DNA from: Felis catus | Lineage: Eukaryota | Direction of reading: 5' to 3' | Assembly: GCF_018350175.1 (NCBI RefSeq) | Contig: NC_058369.1 | Coordinates: forward strand, 3,226,001-3,290,000 | Length of the DNA: 64,000 nucleotides | Shown here: piece by piece, positions 33,301 through 47,250 of the stretch | How the letters are laid out: every line of letters begins with the position of its first letter | Numbering within the stretch: the stretch's first letter is position 1 | Made by a program: the position numbers and the translations under genes | The notes under the pieces: generated by a model | Seen by the model: the letters and a program-made list of their open reading frames with translations, nothing else | Told to the model about the DNA's origin: nothing | The model's database searches: none

Positions 33301-35874
33301 CGCAGTATGGCAGGGCCTCACTGGGAGCCTAGTATTGGTGCCCGAAGACAGTGGCCTCTGAAAGCCGGGGCGTTCCCTCAGCAGAAGGGGCAGCAGCGGC
33401 TGAGAGGCTGGCTCGGAAGCAGAAGCCGGAGGCCCCCCAGACCGCAGGGACATGCCAGCTGCCGGTCTCCCAGCCAGACGGGACTGGCTGTCGTCTGGGG
33501 AAAGAGCCAGGAAAGCTGTGCAGAGGAGCCTGGCATGGGGGCCCCGGTCAGACCTGGCCTCTTGCCATCTGGACCCCTGTGGTTTTCTGCCACCTGCAGG
33601 ACCGGCCGTTTAGGTCACGTCTCAGGCGGGCTCAAGCCTCCCGCCTCCCTGTACCGCTTGGCTCCTCAAGATGAAGAGCAGGGCCCCCGGGCTGGCCCGG
33701 GAAGATCAACACTTTGCTGTCTGCAAGGCGGTGAGCTGAATGCCGCGTGAAGTCCCAGCTGCCGCTTCCCTGCCTGGCACATGCTGTTCAAATGACGGGG
33801 GAAGGCCCTGGAGTCACCTGTCTGGCTTAATCCAGGAGTCTGAGCTAGCCATGGCCACTGCACTGGGAGCAAAGCAGGAAGCGAGCATCGGGAAGAACTG
33901 ACTGGAGAAGGAAGTGGCGAGGCAGACGGGGAGAATCACTCAGGGACTGTCAAGGCGGAGGGAGTGATGAGTCAGGTGACGAAGCTCTGGGTGTCGCTGT
34001 CCCCGAGGCACAAGAGGGATGTCGCTGAGGCCTGGTCTTCAAGCCCTGACCTCTGCTTCTGTAGACAACACAGTCCGAGTACCAGCCGGGAGAGGCTCCC
34101 ACACGGCAGACGCCCAGGAAGCTGCCCCTTCGGCTCCGGCTAAAAGGATTTTTCTTCACTGACAGTGAAGTCCCCGCCCACCCTCCCCCACATGGTCACA
34201 CGGCTTTCCTAATGAGGTTCACAACACCTAGGAGTCTGTCACGAGGTCCCTTCGTGCCCCCTCCACGTGCCTGAACCAGGCCTGCCCCCTCCCTGGTTCG
34301 GACTCTCCTCACCCCTCCCTGGGACCCCGGGGAGCCTCCACACTGGCCTCCCTCCCCGGGCCTTGCTCCTGCCTCCTGTCCAGGACTCTCCATGAGCCAA
34401 GTCAGGGCCTGCCACCCTCTCCAGGCGCCTGCCTGGGCTTTGCCTGCACCCCCAGGACTGCTTCCCTGCCCCCAGTCCATCACTCCAGCCTAACTGCTGG
34501 GGGGAGTCAGAGGCCCCAGCTTCAGTGTGATGTCCTGTTAGAGGCCCCCAGGCCCCCCGCCTCAGAGCACTCTCCCTAACTCTGGATACCCCGTTGGTCC
34601 CTAGCTGACAGCACACTCCCAGGGTGCAGGGACCGTGCGTCTTGCTTTCTGCCCCAAGCCGGCACATTGCATGGGCTTGATGGATACCATCAGACTGGCT
34701 GGCCCCTCTTCCCACCTACAAAGGGTCACTCTTGGACAGGACAGGGTCGGCGTGGCGTGTTGGCCACGCCCCGGCTGCTTCCCTTCAGGGCCGACCCTCC
34801 CTCCCCCCCCCCCCCCACCTCCTGAGGAGGGGCTAATGAAACACAGGCGCAGTGGCACGGGAGGACCCGGAGGCCAAGCGAGGGGCCGAGCAGAGGCAGA
34901 ATGGGCGCAGGCAGCTGCAAGTGCCGTCTCCTGTTGCTTCAGGGTCCCAGCCACCAAACGTACAGAGCTGGCCTCAGCCCTGCTTCAAGGAAGTGCCTGT
35001 CCCTCCCCCAAGGTGACTCAGCAGTCCTAGGAGGAGGAGTAACCAGAAACTCGCCCTGCCTGGCCTGGGCTCCACGTGCACGGTGTGGGGACAGGGCAGG
35101 CTGAGTGTCGGCCTGCGGAGGGCCCAGGCTGGCCAACACTGGCCACAGACAGGGATTTCCCCTCCCAGTCCGTCTGGCCAGGAGCCACAGGACTGAGCAC
35201 CCTCCCCACGCACCGTGGTGGAGCAGTGACCTCTAGTCCTAGTCTTGGCTCCTCTGGGGACCCTCCCGGTTTCCTTGTCAATGAAACGGAGCGTTGGCCC
35301 AGGTTCAACTGTAAAGATCGACAATCCTCGGATTTCCATTGAGACGCCAGAGCTTCCCCACAAGGAAGCAGAGGCCACTTAACAAACTGGCCCTCCTTTT
35401 CATCCAGTTAACCAGGTCCCTGACCGATTACACAGACTCTGGGGGAGGAGGGGGCCCTGCTGGGTGCTGGGGAAAGCTGGCTTCCAGCTGAAAACACTCA
35501 TGGCTTGCAGAGGAAGGCAGGACAGCAGGAGCTGAGAAAGAGGCACACAGCACACGACGATGTTCCGTGGTCCTTCTGTCACCCTTGAGACCCCAAAAGG
35601 AACGGAAGGAGCCACCTGAGACCTCCAGCAACCACCCGGCCCAGCTGCAGCCTCTGAGCAACTACCTTCACCTCACAAACAGGACGACTAAGGCCCAGGA
35701 GGCGAGGTGCCTTGCTCAGGGCCAGGCAGTGCGGTGCACACTGTGAGTGAGGCCAAGCCGGGCGGAAGGGGTAACTGAGCCCAAAAGTGTTAAATCACCC
35801 GTCTCGGAGGCTGCCCCTGCACGTCTCTGGCTTGTTTCCTCGTTTTCTTTTCCCTCCCTCCCTCCCTTCCTTTC

Positions 35875-36065
35875 TTTTTAAGTTTATTTATTTATTTTGA
35901 GAGAGAGAACACAAGTCGGGGAGGGGCAGAGCAAGTGGGAGAGAATCCCAAGCAGGCTCCATACCACCAGGGCAGAGCTCCACGCGGGGTTCGAGCCCAC
36001 AAACAGTGAGATCATGACCTGAGCCAAAGTTGGATCCTTAACCACCTGAGCAACCCAGGCGCCCA
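35875..36065 (-). mobile_element. Can-SINE in SH3GL1 intron 1
   Basis: TTTATTTATTTATTTTGAGAGAG...CTGAGCAACCCAGGCGCCC. Confidence 0.85.
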
Positions 36066-39000
36066 TTTGCTTATTTTCAGAGGCTGGGTGTCAGGGCTCT
36101 GGGTGCAAGGGAGCTGATTAATAACGAGCACTGGTCTGCTGGGGACTGAGGTCGGCACTTGGGGTGGGCTGCAAACCCCAGCCCTCCCACCAGCAAGTGT
36201 GGGGCCGATCTTAAGCCCCTGCAATCGGGTGGTCGGGAGGACCTCACCTGCTCCTGGATGTCAGGCCAAGGACCCAAGTTACCTATGCTGGCCCAGAGGC
36301 AGGAGACCTGAATTCAAGGGCCGGCTCTGTCCTGAGCCTTCTGGAACGTGACACAACCCATGGCTCAGGGCTGACACGAGGCCAAAGCTCCCAAAACATT
36401 AAAGAGCCCTGTACAAATACCAGGGGTGCACCAGACTGGAGCTCTTCGGGGGGGTCCACCAGACTCCCTCATGCAGAACCCTTCCCGTGGCACAGTGTTG
36501 CTAACCTGGGAAGAACTGGATAGGACTCCCTCGCCCCCACCTGCTGACTGTGGCTCTGCCCAGAACACACCCTGGGCAAGGGAGAAGCAAAGCCACAGGC
36601 CCGGCAGAGGGACCAGCAGACTGGGGTGGGGGCTCAGGCTGTGAGCTCCCTCTGCCTCCTCCCAGGACAGGTGGAAGGAACTAGGCCCGCCGACGGGGGG
36701 ACTCTGAGCTGGGCCTGATCCCATACAGACAGTTTTTACCAACTACCAAGATGCCAGCAATTGTCTGACGCTCGTCTCCTTGGAAAAGGCCACACGTGGG
36801 ATTCGTGACAGGGCTAAAATGCCTGGATATGTATCAGCCTTGTGCGTTTTATCGTCTCATCTTGGGGATGAGGCAGGAGGGCTGTGGGTCACACCACCGG
36901 GAAAGTCAGTTTCAGACGAAAACTTATAAAAAAGAAACACCCAGCCCACAAACAAATGTAATAAGTCCCCCGAGTCCCGCCTGGCCCGGCGGCGCCAGCC
37001 CCGCGTCGCTCAGCGGGTGCCGTGCGGTGGCCGCCAGCTGCCGGTCCACAGTCAGGGTGGCGAAGCAGGACTCTGCTCTGCGTGTGCAGAGACAACAAGG
37101 GTGTTCCACGAACTCCTCTTTTATCGATGGCAGAGCTGACGTAAGACTAACTCTTCAGGAAGAGACAGGAGATGAAGTTTGGAAATCCTGCTTGGAAGGC
37201 ACAGACACAAGGTCAGTATCAAACACCGGGAGCACAGCTTACCACACAAGGGGCTAGGCACCCGGGCACAAGTCTCAATGAGGGGCCGTGAGTACCCCAA
37301 CCATGACGAGCTAAGGTGACCGATGAATCCATCTAAAGCCCAGCGCCCCTGCCTCCTGGAACACAGAGGCCATCGCTCCTGTCTCTAAGACCCCTTCCAT
37401 TTTTAAAAGCCTAACTAATGAGAAGCCACCTCTTCCAGGAAGCCCTCCTGGTTCTCTATCACCTGCCTCCTTATCTAGGCAGGAGTGATGTGGCACCTGG
37501 CCACCTGTCCCATCACACTACCGGCACTTCTTTTCTCAAGCCCCCACCCCCTTCAGACATCACCTTGGACCAGGTTCACTCGAGCTGCATCTTCTGTTCG
37601 GTGACGGCACCGCCTCATTCCCATCTCTTTATGGCCCTCCGCCCGCCGGACTGTGAACTTGAAGTGAGCAACCCCATCACTGCTGTGCCCACGCTTGAAC
37701 CAGGAAGCAACTAACTGACACGACCTCACACACCGCTCCGTGGTGGCAGTGGACTCAGGAGCTAGCAGACGGCAGCACCTGTCCGTATCCCCAACTTCCC
37801 CTTGGTGTCTGCTTGTGGGCAATTCAGGCCAGGCTGGCACTCTGGCTGGAGGTTGCCAGCCCAGCTCCCTGCTCTCCACCCCAGGTCTGCCCACAGCCGG
37901 CTCCCTCACCAGAGAGCAAAGGTTCGGGAAAATCTGCAAAGAAAGAAATCTGAGCAAGCCAGGCCCGGGCTGGTTCGCATCCAGAGGACCCCACTCCCGG
38001 AATGGCAATGGTTTCTTATCGACAGGAACCCGTGTGAGAGCCACAAGTCTGTGGTTTGGGAGCACAGGACACAGGAAAGGAAGGCTGGCAGGCAAACAGC
38101 CTCTAAAGACCAAACAGAAACACGCCAGGCTGGAGCTGTGTGGGACCGGGCCCACACACGCTCGGGGCGCCGAGGGCCGCTGTGAGGGCAGACAGCAGAC
38201 ATCCTTGACACAGCTCCAGGCGGAGGCCCTGAGTGCGTGCTGAGGAATGTACCCTCACCTGGCTCTACTGCTCGCCTGTCATATCAGGGCGGTGACAACA
38301 CAGGCTTGGCTAACAGGTGACTCACGGCCACGGTGGCCCACGGTCCCCAAGACCGGTTTCTTCCAGCGTGGCTACAAAAGCACCTGGGCAGGTGCTGATC
38401 CCAGGACAGCACGTGGCAAGCAGGGAGAGGTGAAGCCATCAGCAGCTCTCAGCCCGGGAGACCAACCCCTGCTGCGTGTTTATGGCCGTGACCCTGCCCG
38501 ACCACTCCTCTCCCTACACACCCCCCATTTGTCCAGGGGCACTCGCCCTTCTCGACTGCAAAGTCAGTCTCGAGAACTCAGAGCTGGGAGGAGTCTCGGA
38601 ATCACGGTGCAGTCACCGCAGCACAGACCAGCAGGGCCGAGGAGAAGGGAGCGGCCGGGGTTAGGCCGGCAGTTCTGGCAGTCACCGGGGCAAACTGCTC
38701 CCGGGCCCCCAGCTGCCACCCACCCTTCTAGTGAACGGAGCAGGCAGACCTGTCCTTTCTCAGGATGCGCGGTCAGGCCTCGCACATGCACACGTGCGCA
38801 CGCGCACACACAGTCGCCCTCACCATTCGTTCCCCGGCAGTGGGCGAGCACCCGGGGACCGTGCTGCAGGCCACAGACGGAGACGAGCTGTTCTCAGGGG
38901 CCCCCTTCTCCTCCCTCAGGGCTCATCTTCACTCCAGCAATGCCACCTGGGACAGCCTCGCCCCCCTCCACACCCCCAAACACCAACTTCCAGTGGGCAG

Positions 39001-39262
39001 TGTGCCTCCCGTGAGGAGCTGGGAGGGTGGCAGGGGCCTGGCTCCCATTAGGTACCGGGACAACCAATATCCATTGAGATAACAGGTACCGTTAGCACGC
39101 ACAGCCCGCCCTCCGGGAGCTCCTGGGAGGGCACTCTAGGCCCCATGACTCTATGCAAGAGGCAGCCCCTTCTGAGCCTCAGTTTCCTCACCTGTACCAC
39201 GGGAGGTGGGGGCGACGTGCTGTGGGACTCAGGTGTGAATGTGCTTTAAAAACCACAGACCA

Positions 39263-39486
39263 GGGGCGCCTGGGTGGCGCAGTTGGTTAAGCGTCCGACT
39301 TCAGCCAGGTCACAATCTCACGGTCCGTGAGTTCGAGCCCCACGTCAGGCTCTGGGCTGATGGCTCGGAGCATGGAGCCTGTTTCAGATTCTGTGTCTCC
39401 CTCTCTCTCTGACCCTCCCCCGTTCATGCTCTGTCTCTGTCTCAGAAATAAACGTTAAAAAAAAAAAATTAAAAAAAAAAAAAAAA
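39263..39486 (+). mobile_element. Young SINEC_Fc-like element with 15-bp TSD and long A-tail
   Basis: AAAAACCACAGACCA at 39248-39262 and 39487-39501. Confidence 0.92.
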
Positions 39487-41774
39487 AAAAACCACAGACC
39501 ACCCGACACACGCATGCCTGCTGCTCGCTGTGGGGCACAAGACCCGAGGAAAGGCGGCCAGGAAGGCTGTGTGCAGGCAGCAGCCGTGGGCAGGGCTCCA
39601 CGACTCCGACAAGGCCCAGAAACAGGATCTGCCGAGGGGCCCACATGACAGGGGCAGTAACGAGTCCGCGTTCCTGGGGTGAAAGGCCTTCTGGGGAGCC
39701 CTCCTAGGAGGGACCCATGGCTTCCCACACACCCAGGCAGGGATAAAAACCACGTCCACAGCAGGCCGACCTGCCAGCTCTTCCTCTGCCACAGAAGCCC
39801 CACCCGAGGGGACAGTGACGGAACCTCGACTCCAAGAAATCTCACAGCACCAACCACACAGCTGATGGGCTGTACCCGATCCCGAAGCTCCACCTGTGGG
39901 GCAGGGTGGGCGGGGTACCGAGCTGGAAGGAACGGGTGGGAAACCCCCAGTGGAGAGGAGCCCCTGGCACACAACTGCTGCACCATCTCCAGTCCGCCCT
40001 CTTCCTCCCGCTCTCACCCAGCCAACCAAGCCCGCCTGCCGGCCGGCCCTCACCACCCCCAAGTGGATTTCTACCCTCCATCCGGGCTAATGGGATTCCT
40101 GCCCCCAGCGCCCCCACCCGAGATCCCCGTCCTCCCCGTTCTCCCGGACGGCGCTGCTGTGCGCATCCAGGCCGCACTTCCACTCAGGGAACGGAGTTTC
40201 ACCCCCACGACGTGGGGTCAGGGTCGTGCTGCATTGGCCAAGACGGCAGTGCAATTCTAACTCAAGGTACTCTTCAAGGAGGCTGTTTTTATTTTTGGCA
40301 GGAGAAAAGCAAGCCTGCGCTCCCAGTCTGGTGGTCTTTTCCCCCGGCCTTCCTTCTCTGTTGTCACCCATGTGATACACGTCTGGCGTTGCCGCGTCTT
40401 AAGCTCGGAGCCGTAAGAGTGCTCAAATCCCTCTCCGCCTCGTGACGCGGGTCTAGCAGCCAGGGCCATCTCCCAGCACCCGGGGCTGCCTCCGCTTCCC
40501 CGCAAGGACCGACTCCACAGACTGTGTCTGGGCTCCCGGATGAGGGGTAAGAACCCAACAGGGCAGGCCAGTGGCCCTGAGGCTCCAACGCTGGGGCCTC
40601 ACTCTGGCTGCGTGCGTCCTCTTTTCCTTTCTCCTTCCCACGTCCAGATGCAAAGCCAGCGCCCAGGGTCATCACCTTGGGAATCGCCCCTGGTCCCTCC
40701 CTTCAGTCTCCTGTCATAGGACCCTGGCTTACTGTATCAGCCCTATTTCAATCATTCAGTCACCCTGCAGACTCCTACCCTGAGCTGATCTGCTCGGTCG
40801 GGATGGGGATGGACAACCGGGGTCAAAGTCAGAAACCCGGATTCCTCCTTTTGAGAAAGTTCCCCAGTTCATTCAACACATAATCATTAGATGTGCCACA
40901 TGTAGTAGAGGGGGAAAATGAATAGTATAACCACACCAAAAAAATGATGATAGAAGGGATCTATGCCAAGGGATAGGGAGAGGCCACTTCCTCCTTGTGG
41001 GGAGAGAACCAGGCAGGGTTCACGAAGGAGATGGCCCTGAACTGCACTTTGAAGGATGGGTTGGGTGCAGAAAGGAGAAAGGGACATGGAGTGAGTAAAG
41101 GCAGAGACAAGGGACGCGGGGACCTGAACCAGTGCCGAGGGCAGAGGAGCTGAGGGCTGGCACGGAAACAGATGCCCAGGATGGGGTTCTGAAGTGCCCC
41201 TTCTCAAGATGTGAGGGGTCGTTAAGCAAAGGGTGTCTGGTGTGGGCTTCCAGGCTTCACGATGGGAAGAAAGGTGCCACTGGACCCGAGAGCTGCCAGC
41301 CTCCTTCTTCACACCTGGCAGGAGCCCCGGGAGATGGAGACCCTACTGAGATGCTTCCTGTGCCGCGGCACCCTGAGGCTGACACGGTGGTTTCTGCATA
41401 AAGCCTGAGCACAGAGCCAGTTTTCAAATGCACATTAAACAACGGTGACGGGGGATGGTCTACGAATTCACCAGCTCTTAAGTCGCCAAGGTGGGGGATC
41501 CAGGAACCAGGGAGTGACCATTGCAGAGCTTCCGATTTGCTCCAAAGAGCACTTCAGTGGAAGCGGCTCTTGGAGGAACTGTTCTTAGCACAGTGACCCC
41601 CTAAGTGGACTTGGCCAAGTGCACCAGTCCTATTTTCTGGTGGAGTGTGGCCATCAGGTTGGAGGCGAGAGCTAACGGAGGAGAAAACACACACGTGCGT
41701 GTGTGCACACACCCACCCCTTAAAGACTGAGCCGAAAACCCGTCTCTGGACAAGGCTTTAAGACGGGGGGACCT

Positions 41775-42230
41775 GTCTGCATTCCCTCCGGCTGCCACAA
41801 CAAATTACTGTAACCTCAGTGACAAAACAACACAAGTTTCCTAAACAATACAACACGTTAAACGACCGGACGCTGAAACAACACAAAAATCTTAAAGAGG
41901 TCAGAAATCCGACGTGGACCTCACCAGGCTCGAGACCAAGGTGCCGGCAGCTCTGGGGGTTTCCACGCCTCTCCTGGCTTCTAGAGGCAGCTTGCGTTCC
42001 CTGGCTGTGGCCTGTCCTGTCCCCAAAGGCTGTGGAGCCGACGTGCCATGCTCCATTCGCCCTGGTCCTCTGTTCTGCGGTCACATTTCCCTCTCACCCC
42101 AGAGGGGACAGGAGCCTGCGTTTAAGGAGCCCTGATCAGCAGACGGGGCCCACCCGGTTAACTCCGAGTGGTCTCTGCATCTCCAGCTCCACGCTGTGGA
42201 TCCCACCAGCAAGGGCTCTTGGCCAAGGCA
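41775..42230. mobile_element. Degenerate MLT1-type LTR fragment
   Basis: GGCTGCCACAACAAATTACTGTAACCTCAGTGACAAAACAACACAAG...GGCTTCTAGAGGCAGC. Confidence 0.55.
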
Positions 42231-42299
42231 GCACGCACGCAGGCTCTGTGGGGTGGGGACACCCTTGGGTTCACCCTGAGTCACCCTGCCTGCCACGGG

Positions 42300-42720
42300 A
42301 ACTACTGAACATGGAGCCACTGCTCCTGGGAGAGATATTGGGGTTAGGTTTCTGTGAGCCTCTAGTCACGGCCGATCAATACATCACCTCGCATCACGTG
42401 CGTTTCTGTTTAAAGACACCATAGTTCATACACGCTATTGACTCGTCAACGGTGAACTCAGCCAACAGCGCGGTAACCCCGTCCCGAAGGAAGCTCATGG
42501 CGCACACAGGTTTCCTCCGTAAGGCACAGCGCAGCCTTCCTGCACTTAGCGCCACCAGCCAGCACCACAGTTCTGCGCGTGGGGCCATTTCAAACAGTGA
42601 AATCATCCGCAAAAAGCACAACAATGCAAAAAAAAAAAGAAAAAGTGGCGCTAAACATACCGCCACAGGACGCTGGTTAACAGCCGGAGCCGAAACCAGA
42701 AGGCACAGCTGGGAATCGAG
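42300..42720 (-). mobile_element. MER82-like (TcMar-Tigger) DNA transposon fragment
   Basis: TTCTGTTTAAAGACACC...GAACTCAGCCAACAGC...CCGTAAGGCACA...GGGGCCATTTCAAACAGTGAAATCA matches the recalled MER82 reverse strand. Confidence 0.65.
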
Positions 42721-45700
42721 CGACTGCAAAGCGCCCACGTACAGACACATACTAGCGGGCAGGCGAGCTCTGACCGGATGCACCAGCCCAAGTGGCCCTG
42801 TGTGGCAAGACCGGACGCCAGGCGCTTTCTGCGAACTCAGCCTCGCTGTGGAGAACAGGACTGAGGACACGGCTATTGAGGAGGTGACAGGCCGAGGACC
42901 AGATTAATTCTGTGAGGAGGACACAGGGCAGCTGCAGGGCTCCGGGTGCGGGCTGCCTCCCTGGGTTTACCCTGGGTTTACCCACGGTTCGCCCTCCCCC
43001 TGGACGACCCCCAGCTTAGCCCGTGCCTCGGAGCCTCCGTGCCCCCCGCTGAGCTCCCTGGGCAGCACACTTGAAACATCGCCTGAAACATCACCATTGT
43101 GAGTGTTCAGACACGTGACTCCCGCCAGCTTTGGGCTCAGGACTTTGGGTCATGCAAACTGAGTACGGGTTTTGTTTTGTTTCGTTTTCCAGGCTGGTAC
43201 CGCTGAAAACCTATATGGCTTCATTAAATGAGGTATAAGTCCGGAAAAACTGAGGCACGTGCCGGAGGGGACACCTGCAAGAGAGCTCACCGCCACACGG
43301 TCCGGAAGAACAAAAGCGCGCAAAGCCCTAAATGCCCACTGGCAGGGGCCGGATACGTGCGCTGTGGCACCGTCATACCGGGGAAAGCCAGCCGGCCGAG
43401 CAGTGAACCTAGAGTTACATGTGTCTGGGGACACATGTGAAGGGGACACGCCCAGAGTGCTGAGCGACACGAGCACCTCACGCCACTTAGAGGAGGGGTG
43501 AACTCGCAAAAACAATCCTGGGCACTTTTGGGTTACTTCTGTGCAATAAAGGTGCAAACGAGGGAGGGGGCTTTGACTGTGACTGTATTCGTGTTGCATG
43601 AAGCTCTTGTGGGCACTTGGCTCTTGTGGTCCTTCCTCATCTCTATTTCTATGCTTGGAACACTTCACGGTCCCGCAGCGATAGCAGGGACACAAGGTAA
43701 GACGCGTTGCGCGTAACTTCACACGTAAGCATATAACTTAACATTCGCTAGATAACGGCCGCTGACGGAACACGACGTGACGTATCGTGACGCAGAGCAC
43801 GTTCACGTGACCACGTCAATAGAACACAACGATGCGATCAGAGAAAAGTCATAAATACCGATCACAACAGCAACAACTCAGCGAGGCGCCGGAGAAGGGG
43901 CGTCCCTCCGCAACACCCCAGCGGCGGCTGGCTCCGGGCCGGTGAGCGTGAGCCGTGAGCCACCGAGGGGAAACTCCCAGAGGTCAACCCCGCGGGCTCT
44001 GCTGGAAAGCCGAGCCCACTCCTGGACTCCAGGGGCACGGCGGAGGCAACCGGGCAAAAGGACCATCTCCGCGCCCTCCCGAGTCCCAGACGCCCCTCCG
44101 GCCCGCAGCTTCCACTTAAGACTCCCACGCCTGCTCATCCCCAGGTGGCGGAGAGGTCCCACCGAGCAGCAGGGGCTGCCAGTGCCTCCCGGCCGCCCTG
44201 AGCTGAAGCCGTCCTCTGGGACAAAGCCGGGGCCTGCTGTGGGAGGCAGGGAGAGAACACCCGGGTGCCCTTGAGGCGCTGGAGCCAGAGACGCCCGGCT
44301 GGGAGCCCGGGACGACCGCCTCACACTTCTCCGCTGCGACGATGTTCCATGCCACAGCTGGAGGAGACAGACACCTGGATCTTCACGTCCAGGACCTCGC
44401 GGCCCGCCTCTGTGGGGGGCCTCACTTGCATGCGTTTGGGGGCCCTGACCCAGAGGCCAGCTTGGCAGTCAGTGGGGAGCCACAGCAAGTCCCAAACCCC
44501 TCGAAGATGGGCAAAAGGCCGCCCTGCGCAGGGCAGCAAGAAGCAAGAGACTAACCACAGCAAGGGCTCCCGAGCTCCCAGGAGGGAAAGGTGAACCCTA
44601 GGCCAGGCAGGTGAGGTTAAGTGATGGAGAAATCCACCCCCAGCCCCTCAGCGGCCCTCTTCTGAACCACAAAGACTGGCCTTGAAGGGCCAGCGCTGCG
44701 CGGCTGCCTCCACAAAGCCCGGGCTCTGATGGGGTGAGGCCTTCGGGCTGATGGATGCCTGCCCGTTTGCCTTCAGGCAGCCACGGGGCCTCAAGCGGGG
44801 AAGGCGAGCGGGCGGAGGGGACCAGGAGGAGCTTTGGGTCCTTGGGGGTAAAAAGGAGCAGGAAGTTACCAGTTTCCTTCCCAAAGGGCTTCCTAAGAAT
44901 GTGGGTCGTTGCTCAATCCTGGGGCTAAGGCCCAAAATGACAGAAAGTTCATCATTTGTTGCACTTTCGAAAAAGTAGGGCTGGGTGGAGGGCACTGGCA
45001 AAGATGTGAATTATGGGCCAAGGTGATGCTTGGGAACTCCTGGGGAGTAGCGACTGAATCGCGCACATTCTGTCGTGCCAATCTAAAGCCAAGGGGACAG
45101 TCTCTGAGCTTTGAATTATTTTTAAACCAGTTGGACCTGTTCCTGATGGAGGTTTGTCAGCCACTCTGCTCGCCTGGAGGTCTGCCTGGACCTGAGCAGG
45201 AGCCGCCCCCAGGGACACAGCAGCAGCCACGTCCCTGTCACTGTCCTGCCCCACTCCCGCTCTCAGAAGCCCACCATTTCCGACAACTTGGCCAGCAAGC
45301 CATGGCCCAGGCAAGCCCTGCTCCCTCAGGAGCTCCGGTCTGACGAGAAGAAAAGCACACTCTGGTGTGAGGATGTGTTTGGTGTTTGGTGTGTGGCACG
45401 TGGGTGGAGACCAGCGGGCCGGATGCTCAGAGCACGGACAAGTCTTTCCAGCAGGTGGCCAAAGGAGATGGCAAGCATAAAGACACAAACAGGAAGTGGA
45501 CAGGGAGACCGGGCTGGGGTGGGGTGGGGAAGGTAAGGTACAAGGCAGTACAAGGTAGCCGGCTGGGCGGACACACCGGTCGGACTGGAGTGTGCCACCC
45601 ACAAAGGGAAGGGGTGGGACTTAAAACCGGGACCAGGCAGGGCTCCAGGAGGCCCTGAATGCCAGGCCAGCTGGGGATGTTCATACTTCCCGCCTGTCCC

Positions 45701-47067
45701 AGGCTCTGCTTCCTCTAGGCGTGCTGACACCAAAGCTCCGGCATCTGCACCCACAACCCATGACGCAACCATTTGCTCACTAGTGTGCGCAAACATCCGT
45801 CTGTCCGTCCATCCGATACAACACTGAGTGTCCGGGACAGGCCAGGGGCTGGGCTCAACTGGGCACACGGCAACGGCAGAACTACACGGGGCGCTACCCG
45901 CAGAGACTTAGGATCCAGTGACAAAGACATCAATCCCAGCCCTTGACTGGGAAGGCAACTACGCAGGAGCCTGAGAAACAGGAACAGGGGCTCTGACTGC
46001 CGGGGGGCTGGGGAGATGCTGTGGGAAGGTTGAAGGGACACATGGGAGGGGAACTAAGCCTCACCAGGCCAAGGGCAGGGAGGGCTGCCGGGTGTGGGAG
46101 AACAGCCCACAGCCTCTGTGACCCTCGGTGGACACGTCACATCGTCTGACTGGACAGCACTCCCTACGACTGTGAGCCCTGTGGGGACAGTGGCCCCGGG
46201 GCTGGAGGTCTCAGACACGGGGTGTGGGAGGCCACTGGAGGTGCTCGATCCCCAGGTGTGGAACTCTGAGCAGCTGGGCGGCGACCCGATGCTGAGTCAG
46301 GTCCTTCGGAGGAAATCACACATCTATTTTCCTGCTGTGGCCGGGAGTCTCCGCGTGACCCCACTCTCAGGGCCCAGTCAGCAGGTTTTTTCTAGGAGCT
46401 GAGCGGAAAAGGAAGGTGGAGCTGTCCTCTGGGATCCTGCGTTCTGGAACCCTGGTTACTGCCTAACAGGAAATGAGCGGAAATGTACCCAAACTGCAGT
46501 GCTCCTGAGAAGTGAGAAGTGGGCACCCAACCCAGCCTGCGAAAGCTTGGGGCGGGGGGGCGGGGGGGGGTGGGGGGGTTGCGGGGGGGGTGGGCAGGAC
46601 AGGGGTAGGGCAGGGACCAGGCGAGGGAGGGAGGAGGGGGGGAGGGGGAGGGAGAGGAGGGAGCAAGGAGAGAAGACAGAAACCAGCTGCTGCCAGTCTG
46701 ACACACTTGTCCACCCAGCTTGCCAGGGGCAGCCTTGAAAGGGCACCAGAAGAAGCTGCCCCTCACACTTCGCCAGCCAGGAAACGCCACCAGGGCTGGA
46801 GTTCGAGGGTAAAGACGCCTCGGCCGGCCTGCACAGCTCCCAACCCCCGGGGCAGAGAAGGTCTGTGGCTCGAAGACTTCAGCATCACACTTTCCCTCCA
46901 GCTTACGAATTTTACAAATTTCACCTTCGAAGTAAGAAACAGAAGACTACTTTCCTCCCGCCAACCCCCTGGCTCCCACTTGCCACAGAGCCAGAACGTG
47001 CAACACACCTGCTTCCGAAATCCCATGAAAGAAGTGGGCCACGGGGCCAAACTAAAACCCAAGTTTT

Positions 47068-47250
47068 GGGGTGCCTGGTGGGGGGCTCAGGGGGTTAAGC
47101 GTCTGACTCTTGACTTCGGCTCAGGTCGTGATCTCACGGTTCACGGGATCGAGCCCAGCGCCAGGCTCTGGGCTGACAGCTCAGAGCCTGCTTGGGATTC
47201 GCTTGCTCTCTGCCCCTCCCCGCTTGTTCTCTCTCTAATAAATAAATAAA
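47068..47250 (+). mobile_element. Can-SINE
   Basis: GGGGTGCCTGG...GCTCAG...TTAAGCGTCTGACTCTTGACTTCGGCTCAGGTC...AATAAATAAATAAA. Confidence 0.85.
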
